In this document: positions 25,587 to 35,914 of the stretch, piece by piece
Position numbering within the stretch: position 1 is the stretch's first letter
How the letters are laid out: each line of letters starts with the position of its first letter
From: a virus
IMG/VR virus record: IMGVR_UViG_3300044730_000222
Coordinates: 37,846 to 101,845 of that record
Direction: 5' to 3' (one strand)
Length of the DNA stretch: 64,000 nt
Notes under the pieces: model-generated
Database searches by the model: none
What the model saw: only the letters and a program-made list of their open reading frames with translations
What the model was told of the DNA's origin: nothing
Translations under genes and position numbers: made by a program

Positions 25587-25878
25587 TTTTAGCCTCCCAT
25601 GTTAATTGATCTAGTAGTTCAAATTCTATAACTGCAAGCCTGGTCTTTTTATTACCCTCTCCTAATATAACTACTATGGCTGGAGATTTATCAGTACCCG
25701 CTTTTATTGAATCGGTAACAGCCTTTGCCCAAACATCTTGATTTAGAGTAAAGGACTTAGATGTTTCTTTAAAATCAATAACAAAATTTCTCCAGGTTGC
25801 ATCACCCTTCTGATTATTACGACCAGAATTTTTGTGCTGTTTAGCACCTATTCTTTTACTCTCGTTCTTCTCGCTCAT
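25573..25878 (-). CDS. Hjc-like PD-(D/E)XK resolvase/nuclease
   Basis: NSGR..KGDA....VIDFKE. Confidence 0.6.
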   Translation of the reverse strand: MSEKNESKRIGAKQHKNSGRNNQKGDATWRNFVIDFKETSKSFTLNQDVWAKAVTDSIKAGTDKSPAIVVILGEGNKKTRLAVIEFELLDQLTWEAKNEGI

Positions 25879-26041
25879 AATCCTTCTTTGTTTTAATTAA
25901 TGCTGCTCTAGAAACGTGTTTCTTGCTACACATCCATGTAAGATCTGTAGTCTCAAGCCAAAGCCTTAAAGATGTAACCTCTTCCTTACAGGTATGACAA
26001 GGAAACTTTCCTTCAAAAACCTTAAATTTAACATCAGACAT
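25856..26041 (-). CDS. Small zinc-ribbon protein
   Basis: CHTC...CSKKH. Confidence 0.6.
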   Translation of the reverse strand: MSDVKFKVFEGKFPCHTCKEEVTSLRLWLETTDLTWMCSKKHVSRAALIKTKKDYEREERE

Positions 26042-27050
26042 TATTTAGTTTGGCCTTTAATGCTTCCTGTAAATCTAAGTCTTCTCTAACTCTAGCGATA
26101 AGTCCATCACGACCTTGAACCTTTGTGCCATCATCTAGTTGATACCAGGCCCCAGTTCTGTTTATGTGTCCAGCCAATTCAGCAGTGTCAACAAGGTCAC
26201 CAATAAAATCAATGCCAAGGCTGTCACCCCTAAAATAGAAATCATACTCTCCGCTTTGAAAAGAGGGTGAAGTTTTAGAGAACTGTAAATCCCATCTAAC
26301 CTTGCGACCAATTTTTTCTTCAATGATTTTATCTCCAACATGTATTTTTCCTTTTATGGCTTGATTATCTGATTCAGACGAAAACAATTTAATAATTGTA
26401 GACGAATAGAATTTTGTAGCCTGACCGCCAGTTGGCTGTTGGCTTGTGTACATTGCATTAATATTATTACGAGATTGACTAATCAAAACAAACAATGTTG
26501 GCTTTACCTTATTGTTTGCATAGTTAATCATTTTCCAAGCATTGCTAAAGTCTCTAGACTCTGCACCAATTTGTTTTGTATTTTCTAACTGCTTCAATTC
26601 AGTAGAATCTTTTTCAAAATATATTGCTGGCAGTAGAGATGTAACTGAGTCAACAACAATAAGATCAACTCCAGCCTCCATTAAACTTACCCCAACATCA
26701 ACCATCTCATTAATGGTTCTTGCTTGTGAAACTATTAACTTAGAGGTATCTACTCCTAATTTTTCTGCCCAAACTTTGTCATATGACATTTCTGCATCAA
26801 TCCAAGCACAGACTTTGCCTTCTTTTTGTGCCATGCCAATCATTTGCAAGCACAGAGAAGACTTTGCACTAGACTTGCTACCCCAGATTAAAACCTGTCT
26901 GCCATATGGCAAACCACCATTTAATGCTCTATTCAAACCATAACTAGGAGTAGCAGCATATTCTGTCTTTGGTATTTCATCTCCAACAAGAATACTCTTC
27001 CTTAGTTTAGGATTTAACTGTGAAAGAACTTCTTCTATTGTCAGTGTCAT
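26034..27050 (-). CDS. recA: RecA-like recombinase
   Basis: GGLPYGR, WIDAE, IVVDSV, ISQSR, TGG.ATKFYSS, GAWY. Confidence 0.92.
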   Translation of the reverse strand: MTLTIEEVLSQLNPKLRKSILVGDEIPKTEYAATPSYGLNRALNGGLPYGRQVLIWGSKSSAKSSLCLQMIGMAQKEGKVCAWIDAEMSYDKVWAEKLGVDTSKLIVSQARTINEMVDVGVSLMEAGVDLIVVDSVTSLLPAIYFEKDSTELKQLENTKQIGAESRDFSNAWKMINYANNKVKPTLFVLISQSRNNINAMYTSQQPTGGQATKFYSSTIIKLFSSESDNQAIKGKIHVGDKIIEEKIGRKVRWDLQFSKTSPSFQSGEYDFYFRGDSLGIDFIGDLVDTAELAGHINRTGAWYQLDDGTKVQGRDGLIARVREDLDLQEALKAKLNNV

Positions 27051-27367
27051 TAGAATCTTACCCCATGCTTCTTTGGTCTATGTGTATTTCTTTCCATCTT
27101 TTCTTTGATAGCATAATCAAGGGATTTCTTTACATACCCTGCTTCTGCAATACCAGCATACAAGTCAAGGGTACGAATAATAATATCTGCAAACTCATCT
27201 GATATCTGATCTGGATCCATGTCTTTACGAAGCGCTTCCATAGCCTCTGATACCTCAGAGACAATCATCATCATTTGTTTTGCTACAAAGATAGGGTCTA
27301 CGGTTTTATCCCAGAAACCTTTTTCTACTGCATTCTTGTGTATTTGTTCTGCTAACTCATCAAACAT
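27050..27367 (-). CDS. MazG-like nucleotide pyrophosphohydrolase
   Basis: SEVSEAMEALRK...DEFADIIIR. Confidence 0.8.
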   Translation of the reverse strand: MFDELAEQIHKNAVEKGFWDKTVDPIFVAKQMMMIVSEVSEAMEALRKDMDPDQISDEFADIIIRTLDLYAGIAEAGYVKKSLDYAIKEKMERNTHRPKKHGVRF

Positions 27368-30300
27368 TTTTTACATCCTCCATTATTACTGTGCCGTCTT
27401 TTGTTTTGCCAAACTCAAATCTATATACACTACCTGCTTCAACATTCATATATGCTTTTGGAAATGCCGTTGGAAATACTGTGACTGCGTGTAATTCTCT
27501 AGCAGCATCAGCCAGAGTTAAAGATGCCATCTTCTTGCCAGTCTTAGTAGTTCTTGGCTTAAAAGAAACAACAAACATCTCATCATCTTTATAAGGTAAC
27601 ATCTTGTAGTTTAAAAACTTAATCAATGGATCTTTAGAATCTTTTATTTCGTCAGCAGGTATGGCGCTAACAACACGATTATCATTAGCCAAAATGATAT
27701 ATGTACGACCAGCCTCAATGGTTGTATTTTCTTCATCAAAGATTCCCACACTCCCAGTCTTATCTAAAAATTCTATTCTTGACCAACCTTTTGATCTCTT
27801 AATTGATTTTACCATGCCCATCAAAACAAATGCGCCCTTTTCTTCATACTCTTCAATATCATTTATGTAGGCATAATAGTGTTGTGGTACTGGCATGTTA
27901 AACTCTGGAAGATTAAGATATTCATATAGATTTTCCTTAACCTTTTCTGGATCTGCTGGGTTATCTGTAAAAGTCAGAGCACCTATAGAATTCATTGCTT
28001 GAAGTGCACGAGAATTTACTCCATTACCTTTTGTAAATGTAAACTGTTCAACATCTTGATATGAACTGAATGGTCGTGCTGATATATATCTTTCTGCAAT
28101 TTTGTCAGAGATAAACTTAATAGCACTAAGTCCAAAGCGAATGCCCTTACCTTCAATCTTAAAGTCAATATCTGAATCATTAATATGAGGCAACTTTATG
28201 CTAATGCCCATTCTTTTTGCCTCAATAAGATATTCAGTTCTTGCATCTTTATCTTTTTCGTTTTTTAACAATGCAAACATAAACTCTATTGGGTAGTAGT
28301 ATTTGAGCCACGCCGTCCAATACGAGAGAGTAGAGTAAGCAACGGCATGTGATTTGTTAAACGAATATCCCGCATGTGCTTCAAAATCGTGCCAAAGATC
28401 CAAGGCATCATTAGGAGCAACATACCTAGAAGCCCCTTTAATAAATTTGTCTTTAAACTCATCAAACTCCCTCGCATCCTTTTTCTTACCAATAATCTTA
28501 CGAACCTTATCTGCCTCTGCCATTGTCATACCGCCAAGTTCAACGCAGGCCTGCATAACTTGCTCCTGATACAAAATACAACCATAGGTTTCTTCTGTAA
28601 AAGGTTTCATAATCTGATGAAGATAATTAATGTTTTGTATACCGTGCTTACGCATAATATAATCTTTACCAATAGTATTCATAGCACCTGGACGAACAAG
28701 CGCATTAGAAGCAGCAAGTTCTGCCAAATTCTTTACACGCATCTTAACAAGTAGATTGGTATACGGCGCTGCTTCACACTGAAACACGCCTTTTGTATAT
28801 CCATCAGATAGCATGTCATAAACATTTTTATCATTCATGTCTATAGACAAAACATCTATCCTTGTTCCTTCTCGCTCTTTTATAATATCAATACAGTCTT
28901 TCATTACGCTTAATGTCTTTAGTCCAAGCGCATCAATTTTAATTAAGCCAATCTTTTCAGCCTCTTGCATATCAATTCCAACAACTGGGATACGCTCATC
29001 AGAACCAGTTGATGATCTTGTCTCTAGTGGAGCATGTCTGAATATTGGCTCTTTGCTAGTAACCACACCAGCAGCGTGAATTCCAGTTCCCCTAATTCTT
29101 CCACGCAACTGTTCTCCATAGACTTCAACCTCTGGATATTTTTCTCTAAACCATACAGTTGTTTTTGATGTGCAATACTCATCCCATGTATCAATAGTCT
29201 TTAGAACTTTATTTACATCTGTTAGTGGTATGTTAAGTACCCTCGCAACATCACGAACAACACCTTTGTCTTTAAACGATAAGAAGGTTGCAATAGATGC
29301 TACGTGGCGATATTGTCTAACTAGATAATCTTTTACATCTTCACGACGAGAGTCTTGAATATCTGTATCAATATCAGGAAAGTCATTACGCTCAGGATTA
29401 ATAAAACGGAAGAACAATAGTCCATGCTCTATCGGATCAATCTCTGTTATGCCAAGAAGGTAACAGACTAGAGAACCAGCAGAAGAACCTCTACCTGGAC
29501 CAACCAGAATTCCTTCTTTTTTAGCCCAGTCAATCATATTTTGAACTACTAGAAAGTATGCAGCAAAGTTTTTATCTTTGATAATTTGCAATTCTTCACG
29601 AAGTCTTTGTTCATATATGTCGTTGCCAAGCAGTTCAGATGTAAGTTTTTTTTCTTCAAGTCCTTCAAATGCTAGGTTTGCCAACTCTTCATCAGGGTTT
29701 TTATATTGTGCTGGTAGCAAATCTAAGCCGTCTTTAATATTATAATCAGAAACAGACTCTGCTAATAATAATGTGTTTGAGTATATGTCTGCTCTATCAA
29801 TACCCTGCGCTTCCATGGCTAACTTAATTTCTTCATAAGATAGAAGATGGATTTTAAAATCTTTAAAAGTCATTTCTCTGTCTTTGCCATAAAGAGCATC
29901 AAGCCTGTCCATCATAGATGGACTCTTCTTTGCCTTATCATAAGAAATATCTTTGGCAACCTTAGCATGGGTATTCATTAACAATTTAAATTCTTGTACT
30001 TCTCTTTGAGACTCATCAACGTGGTGGCAGTCTGGAGTTACGACAACCTTTACGCCAAACTCATCTGCCAAATCTATAAGATATTTATTTATCTCTGGCT
30101 TATTGTGTGGCATTACTTCTATATAATAGTCTCCACCAAAAGTATCCTTAAACCAAGAGATATACTTTTTGGCTATAGCAAACTCTTCTTCCTCAAGTGC
30201 TTTAACTAGAACACTGCTTGGGCAGGCAGAAGAAACAATAATTCCTTCTTTATATTTTTCTAGTATCTTAAAATCAAATCTAGGCTTCTTAAAAAATCCT

Positions 30301-30647
30301 TCTGTCCAGGCCAACTCACTAATCTTATTTAGATTCTCTAATCCTTTTTGATTCTTGGCTAGAAGGATAATGTGATTATAAACAAGATCTTGTTGACCTT
30401 CTCTTTCAGATTTATCTCTTGTATCAGAGATATCTGCACACATATATCCTTCTAGACCAAGGATTGGTTTAATACCCTTTTCTTTTGCAGTACGATAAAA
30501 CTCACGATGACCAGAAAGAGTTCCGTGATCTGTAATCGCAATTGCTGGCATACTCAAACTTACTGCACGGTTAGCGTACTCCTCTGGAGTACCTATTCCG
30601 TCAAAGAGTGAGTAATGAGTATGAAGATGTAAGGGTACGTAATTCAT
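27360..30647 (-). CDS. dnaE: DNA polymerase III alpha subunit
   Basis: PHP HLHTHYS..DG, ITDHG; GRGSSAGS; PDIDTD; HAAGVV; YQEQ; FNKSH; C-terminal OB fold. Confidence 0.97.
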   Translation of the reverse strand: MNYVPLHLHTHYSLFDGIGTPEEYANRAVSLSMPAIAITDHGTLSGHREFYRTAKEKGIKPILGLEGYMCADISDTRDKSEREGQQDLVYNHIILLAKNQKGLENLNKISELAWTEGFFKKPRFDFKILEKYKEGIIVSSACPSSVLVKALEEEEFAIAKKYISWFKDTFGGDYYIEVMPHNKPEINKYLIDLADEFGVKVVVTPDCHHVDESQREVQEFKLLMNTHAKVAKDISYDKAKKSPSMMDRLDALYGKDREMTFKDFKIHLLSYEEIKLAMEAQGIDRADIYSNTLLLAESVSDYNIKDGLDLLPAQYKNPDEELANLAFEGLEEKKLTSELLGNDIYEQRLREELQIIKDKNFAAYFLVVQNMIDWAKKEGILVGPGRGSSAGSLVCYLLGITEIDPIEHGLLFFRFINPERNDFPDIDTDIQDSRREDVKDYLVRQYRHVASIATFLSFKDKGVVRDVARVLNIPLTDVNKVLKTIDTWDEYCTSKTTVWFREKYPEVEVYGEQLRGRIRGTGIHAAGVVTSKEPIFRHAPLETRSSTGSDERIPVVGIDMQEAEKIGLIKIDALGLKTLSVMKDCIDIIKEREGTRIDVLSIDMNDKNVYDMLSDGYTKGVFQCEAAPYTNLLVKMRVKNLAELAASNALVRPGAMNTIGKDYIMRKHGIQNINYLHQIMKPFTEETYGCILYQEQVMQACVELGGMTMAEADKVRKIIGKKKDAREFDEFKDKFIKGASRYVAPNDALDLWHDFEAHAGYSFNKSHAVAYSTLSYWTAWLKYYYPIEFMFALLKNEKDKDARTEYLIEAKRMGISIKLPHINDSDIDFKIEGKGIRFGLSAIKFISDKIAERYISARPFSSYQDVEQFTFTKGNGVNSRALQAMNSIGALTFTDNPADPEKVKENLYEYLNLPEFNMPVPQHYYAYINDIEEYEEKGAFVLMGMVKSIKRSKGWSRIEFLDKTGSVGIFDEENTTIEAGRTYIILANDNRVVSAIPADEIKDSKDPLIKFLNYKMLPYKDDEMFVVSFKPRTTKTGKKMASLTLADAARELHAVTVFPTAFPKAYMNVEAGSVYRFEFGKTKDGTVIMEDVKNV

Positions 30648-30650
30648 TTA

Positions 30651-31304
30651 TTACCAGTCAATATTCGTTGCCGAATTGCCTGGAGTGTCAAATCCAAGAT
30701 AGAACGCTTCTTGCTCAGCATAAGGAATTTTATTTAAAGCCTTCTCCAATGGAAATGGCGTTACCTTAGACCAGTCAAATGGTTCTTTATCTGGACTACC
30801 TGGAATTAATGTGTAACTTGTTTCAGTTCCCTGTCCGTTACGCTTTAACTTCCATGAAAGATTAGAGATGCTACCTGTTTCAAGTGCATACTCACGAATT
30901 GTATTAAATGCAGATTGCTTGCTTATTCCCATAGCCCAAATTGCAGCATATGGCTCTTCAATGCCATCATCAACAAGAACATTGCAATAGAAGCGAAGGC
31001 GACCTCTCCAGCCAGCCTTTGGATCTTTACGATGCATTTCTTCTGCCCAGTCACGACCTTCTGTTTCCATTGTGTCTAGAGCACGACGCTTGTAGTCTTT
31101 TGGGTTTGTATGTTCTTTTACAACAAGTGCTAGACCACGATCAGCACTATAATTTGCGGACTCATCATCAAGTTCTTCAATGAATCTTAGTTTAACTGCC
31201 TGTCCATCTGCTAGTTTTAGCCAGCGAACTTTTGTTCCAGTTCCTTCGTATTTTGGTTTGTCGACTAGGGCATTAATGTTCTTTAGTCCCTTTACAATAG
31301 TCAT
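30651..31304 (-). CDS. Single-stranded DNA-binding protein (gp32-like, putative)
   Basis: Between primase and DnaE; RFYCNVLV, KRNGQGTETSY; acidic/aromatic C-terminus IDW. Confidence 0.65.
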   Translation of the reverse strand: MTIVKGLKNINALVDKPKYEGTGTKVRWLKLADGQAVKLRFIEELDDESANYSADRGLALVVKEHTNPKDYKRRALDTMETEGRDWAEEMHRKDPKAGWRGRLRFYCNVLVDDGIEEPYAAIWAMGISKQSAFNTIREYALETGSISNLSWKLKRNGQGTETSYTLIPGSPDKEPFDWSKVTPFPLEKALNKIPYAEQEAFYLGFDTPGNSATNIDW

Positions 31305-31331
31305 AGTTTTCTCCTTATATAAGTTGTTTAT

Positions 31332-32264
31332 TTATTGTAACATAGCAATGATAGAATTGTCAAATTGGTATTCAAGTTTTTTAATAGCATCATCATCCAT
31401 ATCGCCAATATCTTTGTATTGTTTTTCTAGTTTGATTATTGTTATTTTTGACCCCAATTTCTCAATTAGACGGTCAGCCATAATTGAGCCCGCTTCATCA
31501 TTATCTGCTACTAGTACCACATTAGTGAAATACTTTTCTAATAGTTTCATCTGGCTTGATGAAACGTTAGCCCCCAGCGTAGCAACTGCAGGGAAACCTA
31601 CTTGGTCTAATCTAATTGCATCAAAGGATGATTCAACTACATACGCAAACTTTGATGTCTTTACTCTGTGTAAATTAAATAATATTTTGCTTTTAGGTAA
31701 TCCTGGTGTATTTTTAAATTCTTTACCCTCTATTGTTCTTGCAACAAATCCAATACACATGCCGTCTGGAGAATGCATGGGAACTATTACAGAGTCTTGT
31801 TTTTCAGAGTAGCCTAAATCAAACTTAATCATAGAGTCTTTATTAATTCTGCGACCTTCAAAATAAGACACAGATCTAGGACTCTCCATAGCCTGCTTGT
31901 TTAATCTTTTAATTAATAACTCATCATACTGAACAAAATCAGGAGCAGCATACAAAGCCTTATTAACAACATCTTCAAGATTTGTTTCTATTTCTTTACT
32001 CTTTATATATCTAACAGATTCAAAATAAGATCTACCAGTAGTATGCATTACGAACTCTGGAAGAGTTCTTGTGGTTTGACACCCAAAGCAAAAGAACAAG
32101 CCAGACTCTTTTGAAACTTCTCCAGCAGGTGTTCTGTTGTTATTATGATAAGGGCAAAAGATTATATAATCAGTACCATACTCTGCTTCTATATCTATTC
32201 CTGCGCCAGTTAGCACTCTGTTTATTTGCTGCGCCGTGTAAATATCTCTACTTTTTGTCTTCAT
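31332..32264 (-). CDS. dnaG: DNA primase (CHC2 zinc finger + TOPRIM)
   Basis: CPYH...CFGC; VVESSFD; ADNDEAG; KDIGD. Confidence 0.9.
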   Translation of the reverse strand: MKTKSRDIYTAQQINRVLTGAGIDIEAEYGTDYIIFCPYHNNNRTPAGEVSKESGLFFCFGCQTTRTLPEFVMHTTGRSYFESVRYIKSKEIETNLEDVVNKALYAAPDFVQYDELLIKRLNKQAMESPRSVSYFEGRRINKDSMIKFDLGYSEKQDSVIVPMHSPDGMCIGFVARTIEGKEFKNTPGLPKSKILFNLHRVKTSKFAYVVESSFDAIRLDQVGFPAVATLGANVSSSQMKLLEKYFTNVVLVADNDEAGSIMADRLIEKLGSKITIIKLEKQYKDIGDMDDDAIKKLEYQFDNSIIAMLQ

Positions 32265-33471
32265 AATCCTTGTATCTGTAATAACCTTTATCAAAATCTG
32301 CTTGTACTAAAAAGTCTCCCATAAATCCATTACGATTTTTTCTAAATGCACATTCAATTATATCACTGTTGGACGCTCTACCAAGTGCCAATACCCAGTC
32401 AGCATCGTATGCAATCTGTCTTGACCAAGCGGTTTGACCTAAAGTTGGAACGGTACTCATGTTAGTAACATCATCAGGTGTAGCAGATGATATAGCAATA
32501 ATAGGAATCTCTTCACTAATAGACATTAGTTTAAGTTCACGTGAAAGGTTTTTCATTCTTACCGTTTCATTATCAGACTTTTGGTTTGGTGCCATAAGTT
32601 GTAAATAATCTACAATAATAAAATCTGGTTTATATTGATCAATCTTTCCACGAATAACAGATGGATTAATTTCTCCACCGCTATCATTTGAAATAATATG
32701 AAAAGGTGGCTTACCAGCAATCTTGCTGTCATGCCACTTCTTAAGCATATCAATTTCAATATCTCCATTTGAAATCTTGCGGTGTGACCAAAGACCCTCG
32801 CCCATAATTGCATAAACACGATTACGAACTTCTGTCTCAGACATTTCCAAACTTATAATCATTGGTGTCTTGCCCTGTTTCCATGCCTGTACGGCAAAGT
32901 AAAGAGCAAGCCAAGATTTGCCAATACCTGGGTATGCCAGAAAAATTCCTAATTGACCTGGCATAATCCCTGAAGGCAGATAATTGTCAAATCCTGGCAA
33001 GCCTGTTTTAATTCCAATCTTACCTAATTCTTGTTGCTTTTTTACATTTTCAAAATATGTAACAGCAGACTGAATATCTGTTGCATCAATATCACGAATA
33101 GCAGATGTATTCTTTTTTAATTCGGATGTTTTTGTAATTAATTCTTCAAGGGCTTTTACCCCTTGTCCACCCTGAACATCAGTAGCAGCATTACGAATAA
33201 TATCTTTAAGGCTATCATTTAAATAATCTGCTTGTAATTCTTCAAGATGATGTTTTGTTGCGCCTACCCCTGGAATCGGAGTAAAATCTCTAAACTTTTC
33301 AATGATTAAAGATGCTGGTGGAACGGTACCATTTGATTCTGAGTACCGCTTTATAAAGTGCCAGACATCGCTGTGTGTGCGAAGAAGAGAGTCTATATTT
33401 GCTTGAAGCAACACATGAACTTGCTTATCCTCAAGAACTGCTGATATCAACTTTGCTTCTGAATTACTCAC
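32248..33471 (-). CDS. dnaB: DnaB-like replicative helicase
   Basis: AYPGIGKS, SLEMS, IVDYLQL, QIAYDAD, KNRNG. Confidence 0.93.
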   Translation of the reverse strand: MSNSEAKLISAVLEDKQVHVLLQANIDSLLRTHSDVWHFIKRYSESNGTVPPASLIIEKFRDFTPIPGVGATKHHLEELQADYLNDSLKDIIRNAATDVQGGQGVKALEELITKTSELKKNTSAIRDIDATDIQSAVTYFENVKKQQELGKIGIKTGLPGFDNYLPSGIMPGQLGIFLAYPGIGKSWLALYFAVQAWKQGKTPMIISLEMSETEVRNRVYAIMGEGLWSHRKISNGDIEIDMLKKWHDSKIAGKPPFHIISNDSGGEINPSVIRGKIDQYKPDFIIVDYLQLMAPNQKSDNETVRMKNLSRELKLMSISEEIPIIAISSATPDDVTNMSTVPTLGQTAWSRQIAYDADWVLALGRASNSDIIECAFRKNRNGFMGDFLVQADFDKGYYRYKDYEDKK

Positions 33472-33772
33472 TTAACCACTCCCTCGCCAACTTCCTACGC
33501 TCTGCTCTTTCAATTAAATCTTTTTCTACCGCATCCCTACCATTAATAATTTGTTGTGCATTATATGCAAAAAAGTTCCAAGAAGGGTTTTGAGATACCT
33601 CAAAATAATAAGCCAGCAAATCATAACAAGCATTGAGTCCATAAGACTCTATCAAGGCATCTGATGCCCATTGCTCAACATTAAGATTGAGATTAGACTT
33701 TTGCTCGTATCTCTGCAAATGGAGTTTATTGTAGCGACTGAGCAAAGCCATGCGGTCTTTGCGATCAACCAC
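33464..33772 (-). CDS. Hypothetical protein in replication operon
   Basis: Overlaps the helicase start; GAGGAG RBS. Confidence 0.6.
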   Translation of the reverse strand: MVDRKDRMALLSRYNKLHLQRYEQKSNLNLNVEQWASDALIESYGLNACYDLLAYYFEVSQNPSWNFFAYNAQQIINGRDAVEKDLIERAERRKLAREWLSE

Positions 33773-33774
33773 GA

Positions 33775-33987
33775 TTACTCCTCAGTTATTGCTTCTCTTG
33801 CTTCCTGTACTTTTTCAACAACCTTCGCTTCAACAAAATCGTATACACGATTCATTGCCTCGTTTGTAGTTTCGCCATCACGAACTGTATCAACTACTCC
33901 AAGGTCAACTCGTAAAGATTGAAAGTTGCCTAGATTAAGAGTGTATCCAAGTGTTGCAGATACCTTTGTTTCATTTCTTTGTTCCAC
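33775..33987 (-). CDS. Small conserved phage protein
   Basis: TLNLGNFQSLRVD motif; AGGAGG RBS favours GTG 33987. Confidence 0.6.
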   Translation of the reverse strand: MEQRNETKVSATLGYTLNLGNFQSLRVDLGVVDTVRDGETTNEAMNRVYDFVEAKVVEKVQEAREAITEE

Positions 33988-34006
33988 CACTGCCTCCTTC
34001 AAAAGG

Positions 34007-34552
34007 CTAATTAATGCTCTCTGTCCAAACAGGTATGAACCTGCCATCTTCAGTTTTTGTATATGTAAGTATACCATCGCCCATTCTTCGTGTCAACTCT
34101 TGATTCGTAGGCGTTATACTATTTGTTATTAAATTATCTCTTCTTGGTCTACCCATATGTATACTTGCCAGTATATCACGTATCTCTTTTAATTGCGACT
34201 CAGAGTAGTAGGCTCTTATTTGCCATCCTCTAGTACCGCCAACTTGTGCACCTACTGGCGGTGGAATAACTCCTCGTTTAATTAAAGATGGAAAATATTT
34301 ACGATGCCTATTGACAAGTCTTGCAGTTTCTGATACAGTGTAGGCTCTTTCTCTATTACGCCTAAAGTCAGATCTTAAACAAGTTTCTAATCTATCTTTA
34401 GTAATATTGTAAACAGTAACCATTCCAGTTGATCTTGAACTATGGTGCAATCTTACAAGGTTGTTATTTAAAAACCAAATATTTTGGTTACCCTTGATTA
34501 CAGGCTCGCTATTGTAGTTTTTGCTCTCAAGTTTTCTTGGTTTAAAAGCCAT
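34007..34552 (-). CDS. MerR-like HTH DNA-binding protein
   Basis: YTVSETARLVNR...GVIPPP...RAYYSE. Confidence 0.6.
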   Translation of the reverse strand: MAFKPRKLESKNYNSEPVIKGNQNIWFLNNNLVRLHHSSRSTGMVTVYNITKDRLETCLRSDFRRNRERAYTVSETARLVNRHRKYFPSLIKRGVIPPPVGAQVGGTRGWQIRAYYSESQLKEIRDILASIHMGRPRRDNLITNSITPTNQELTRRMGDGILTYTKTEDGRFIPVWTESIN

Positions 34553-34689
34553 ACACCCTCCCTGCTATCAGAAGGCGGATGATAAAAATTTCTACTTCCG
34601 CAACAGATGCAGTATGTCTCTAGGTGTATAGTGCTAGAGTACTGTCTGTCAACAAACATTCTACCCTTGCATTTTCTGCAATGAATCAT
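34498..34689 (-). CDS. Small zinc-ribbon protein
   Basis: CRKCKGRMF...YCICCG. Confidence 0.6.
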   Translation of the reverse strand: MIHCRKCKGRMFVDRQYSSTIHLETYCICCGSRNFYHPPSDSREGVWLLNQENLRAKTTIASL

Positions 34690-34703
34690 TTAACCTATTC
34701 CCC

Positions 34704-35147
34704 TTAATTAGGAATGCCAATAACAATTAGATGTACAGCCAGAGATAAATCTCCAGAGGCACCGAATCTAACAATTCCCTCTACTCTTGATGTAGTTACA
34801 GATTTTAAAATAACCGTAACATTTTGACCTGCTGGTGTATTACCAGTATTTAAAGCAGTTGCAGTAGCAATTGGAGCATACTTAAAGTCTGATGGAAAGT
34901 CATATGCAAATGTCTTTTCGTTACCAGCGCTTACAGTAGAATTGTTTGCCACATCTACAATACCACCCACGATCCTAGCCTCTGATGTTTTAATGCTCTG
35001 CTTACCAGCGCTAGTAGTGTCTACTGTCGTATAATTATAAGTTGCTGATGAAACCTGTGTTGAAATATCATTTATAGTATCAGCCAACTGATAGATGTAT
35101 GTAACATCTAAAGGTTGTCCTCGTTCTGGTAGCGGTACTTTAGCCAT
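34704..35147 (-). CDS. Putative virion/tail protein (beta-rich)
   Basis: End of tail module; FPSDFKYAPIATAT. Confidence 0.5.
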   Translation of the reverse strand: MAKVPLPERGQPLDVTYIYQLADTINDISTQVSSATYNYTTVDTTSAGKQSIKTSEARIVGGIVDVANNSTVSAGNEKTFAYDFPSDFKYAPIATATALNTGNTPAGQNVTVILKSVTTSRVEGIVRFGASGDLSLAVHLIVIGIPN

Positions 35148-35164
35148 ATATCTCCATTATATCA

Positions 35165-35914
35165 CTAGATCGTTTCATTTAGCATTCTATATACTTTTAA
35201 AAATGGTGTTCCAGCAGCGCCGTCTGCTCTAGCAATAGGTTGTCCTGTTAGATATACTTCAACACTAACCCTATTTGGTGCTGATGGTTGAACAACTCCA
35301 TTTATTGTATAAAATAAAGGGTATGAATAAGAAATAGACGTTGTTTGAATTCTTTCTTTATAAATCCAATCTCCACCATCATTTCTATCCCATCTTAACC
35401 AAATATCATATCCCGTTGCATTTCTGATTAATGAATTAGTTTTATATGTGCCCGCAGGACTTACTGGTGTAGAAGCAACACTTCCGTGATCTTTATAATA
35501 ACTAAAGGTATTAGTAGTCACTGCATTGATTTGATATGTTCCATTAAATGTAGCATCTACTCCTTCTACAGTTACCCAATCATTTACTGACATATAGTGT
35601 GCATCTGTTGTTGTTAATGTAGCAATATCAGTAGTTAATTGTTTATTATTAATATCTGAAACTGTAGATGTATCTTTTAAAACTATTACGGGATCCCATG
35701 TAAAACTTGCTATCTGTCCACCAGTAGTAAAACTTATGGCTCCAGAAACATAGGTATAGTCTGGAACAATAAGATAAACTGGCGACCAGTGGGAAACTCT
35801 GTTTCTATCTTCAGAAATAATTCTGTATCTTAGTGAATACCCTTCAGTTTCACTGCTTATTGGTGGAAGGTCAGCGTATGCTTGACGGTATTTTTTAATA
35901 CCTGAATCTGCCAT
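35165..35914 (-). CDS. Minor tail protein
   Basis: Tail module; ATLTT..AH...VTVEGV...FNGTY.I repeat-type domain. Confidence 0.6.
   Translation of the reverse strand: MADSGIKKYRQAYADLPPISSETEGYSLRYRIISEDRNRVSHWSPVYLIVPDYTYVSGAISFTTGGQIASFTWDPVIVLKDTSTVSDINNKQLTTDIATLTTTDAHYMSVNDWVTVEGVDATFNGTYQINAVTTNTFSYYKDHGSVASTPVSPAGTYKTNSLIRNATGYDIWLRWDRNDGGDWIYKERIQTTSISYSYPLFYTINGVVQPSAPNRVSVEVYLTGQPIARADGAAGTPFLKVYRMLNETI

Noticed and set aside
22947-27367. Z-base or other modified-base pathway from MazG-like and DUF3310 genes
   Set aside because: No PurZ, queuosine-pathway or hydroxymethylase gene in the window; both families are common without base modification.
20659-33471. Inteins or introns in terminase, RecA, DnaE or DnaB
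   Set aside because: Proteins have normal lengths and continuous motifs; no splicing signatures seen.
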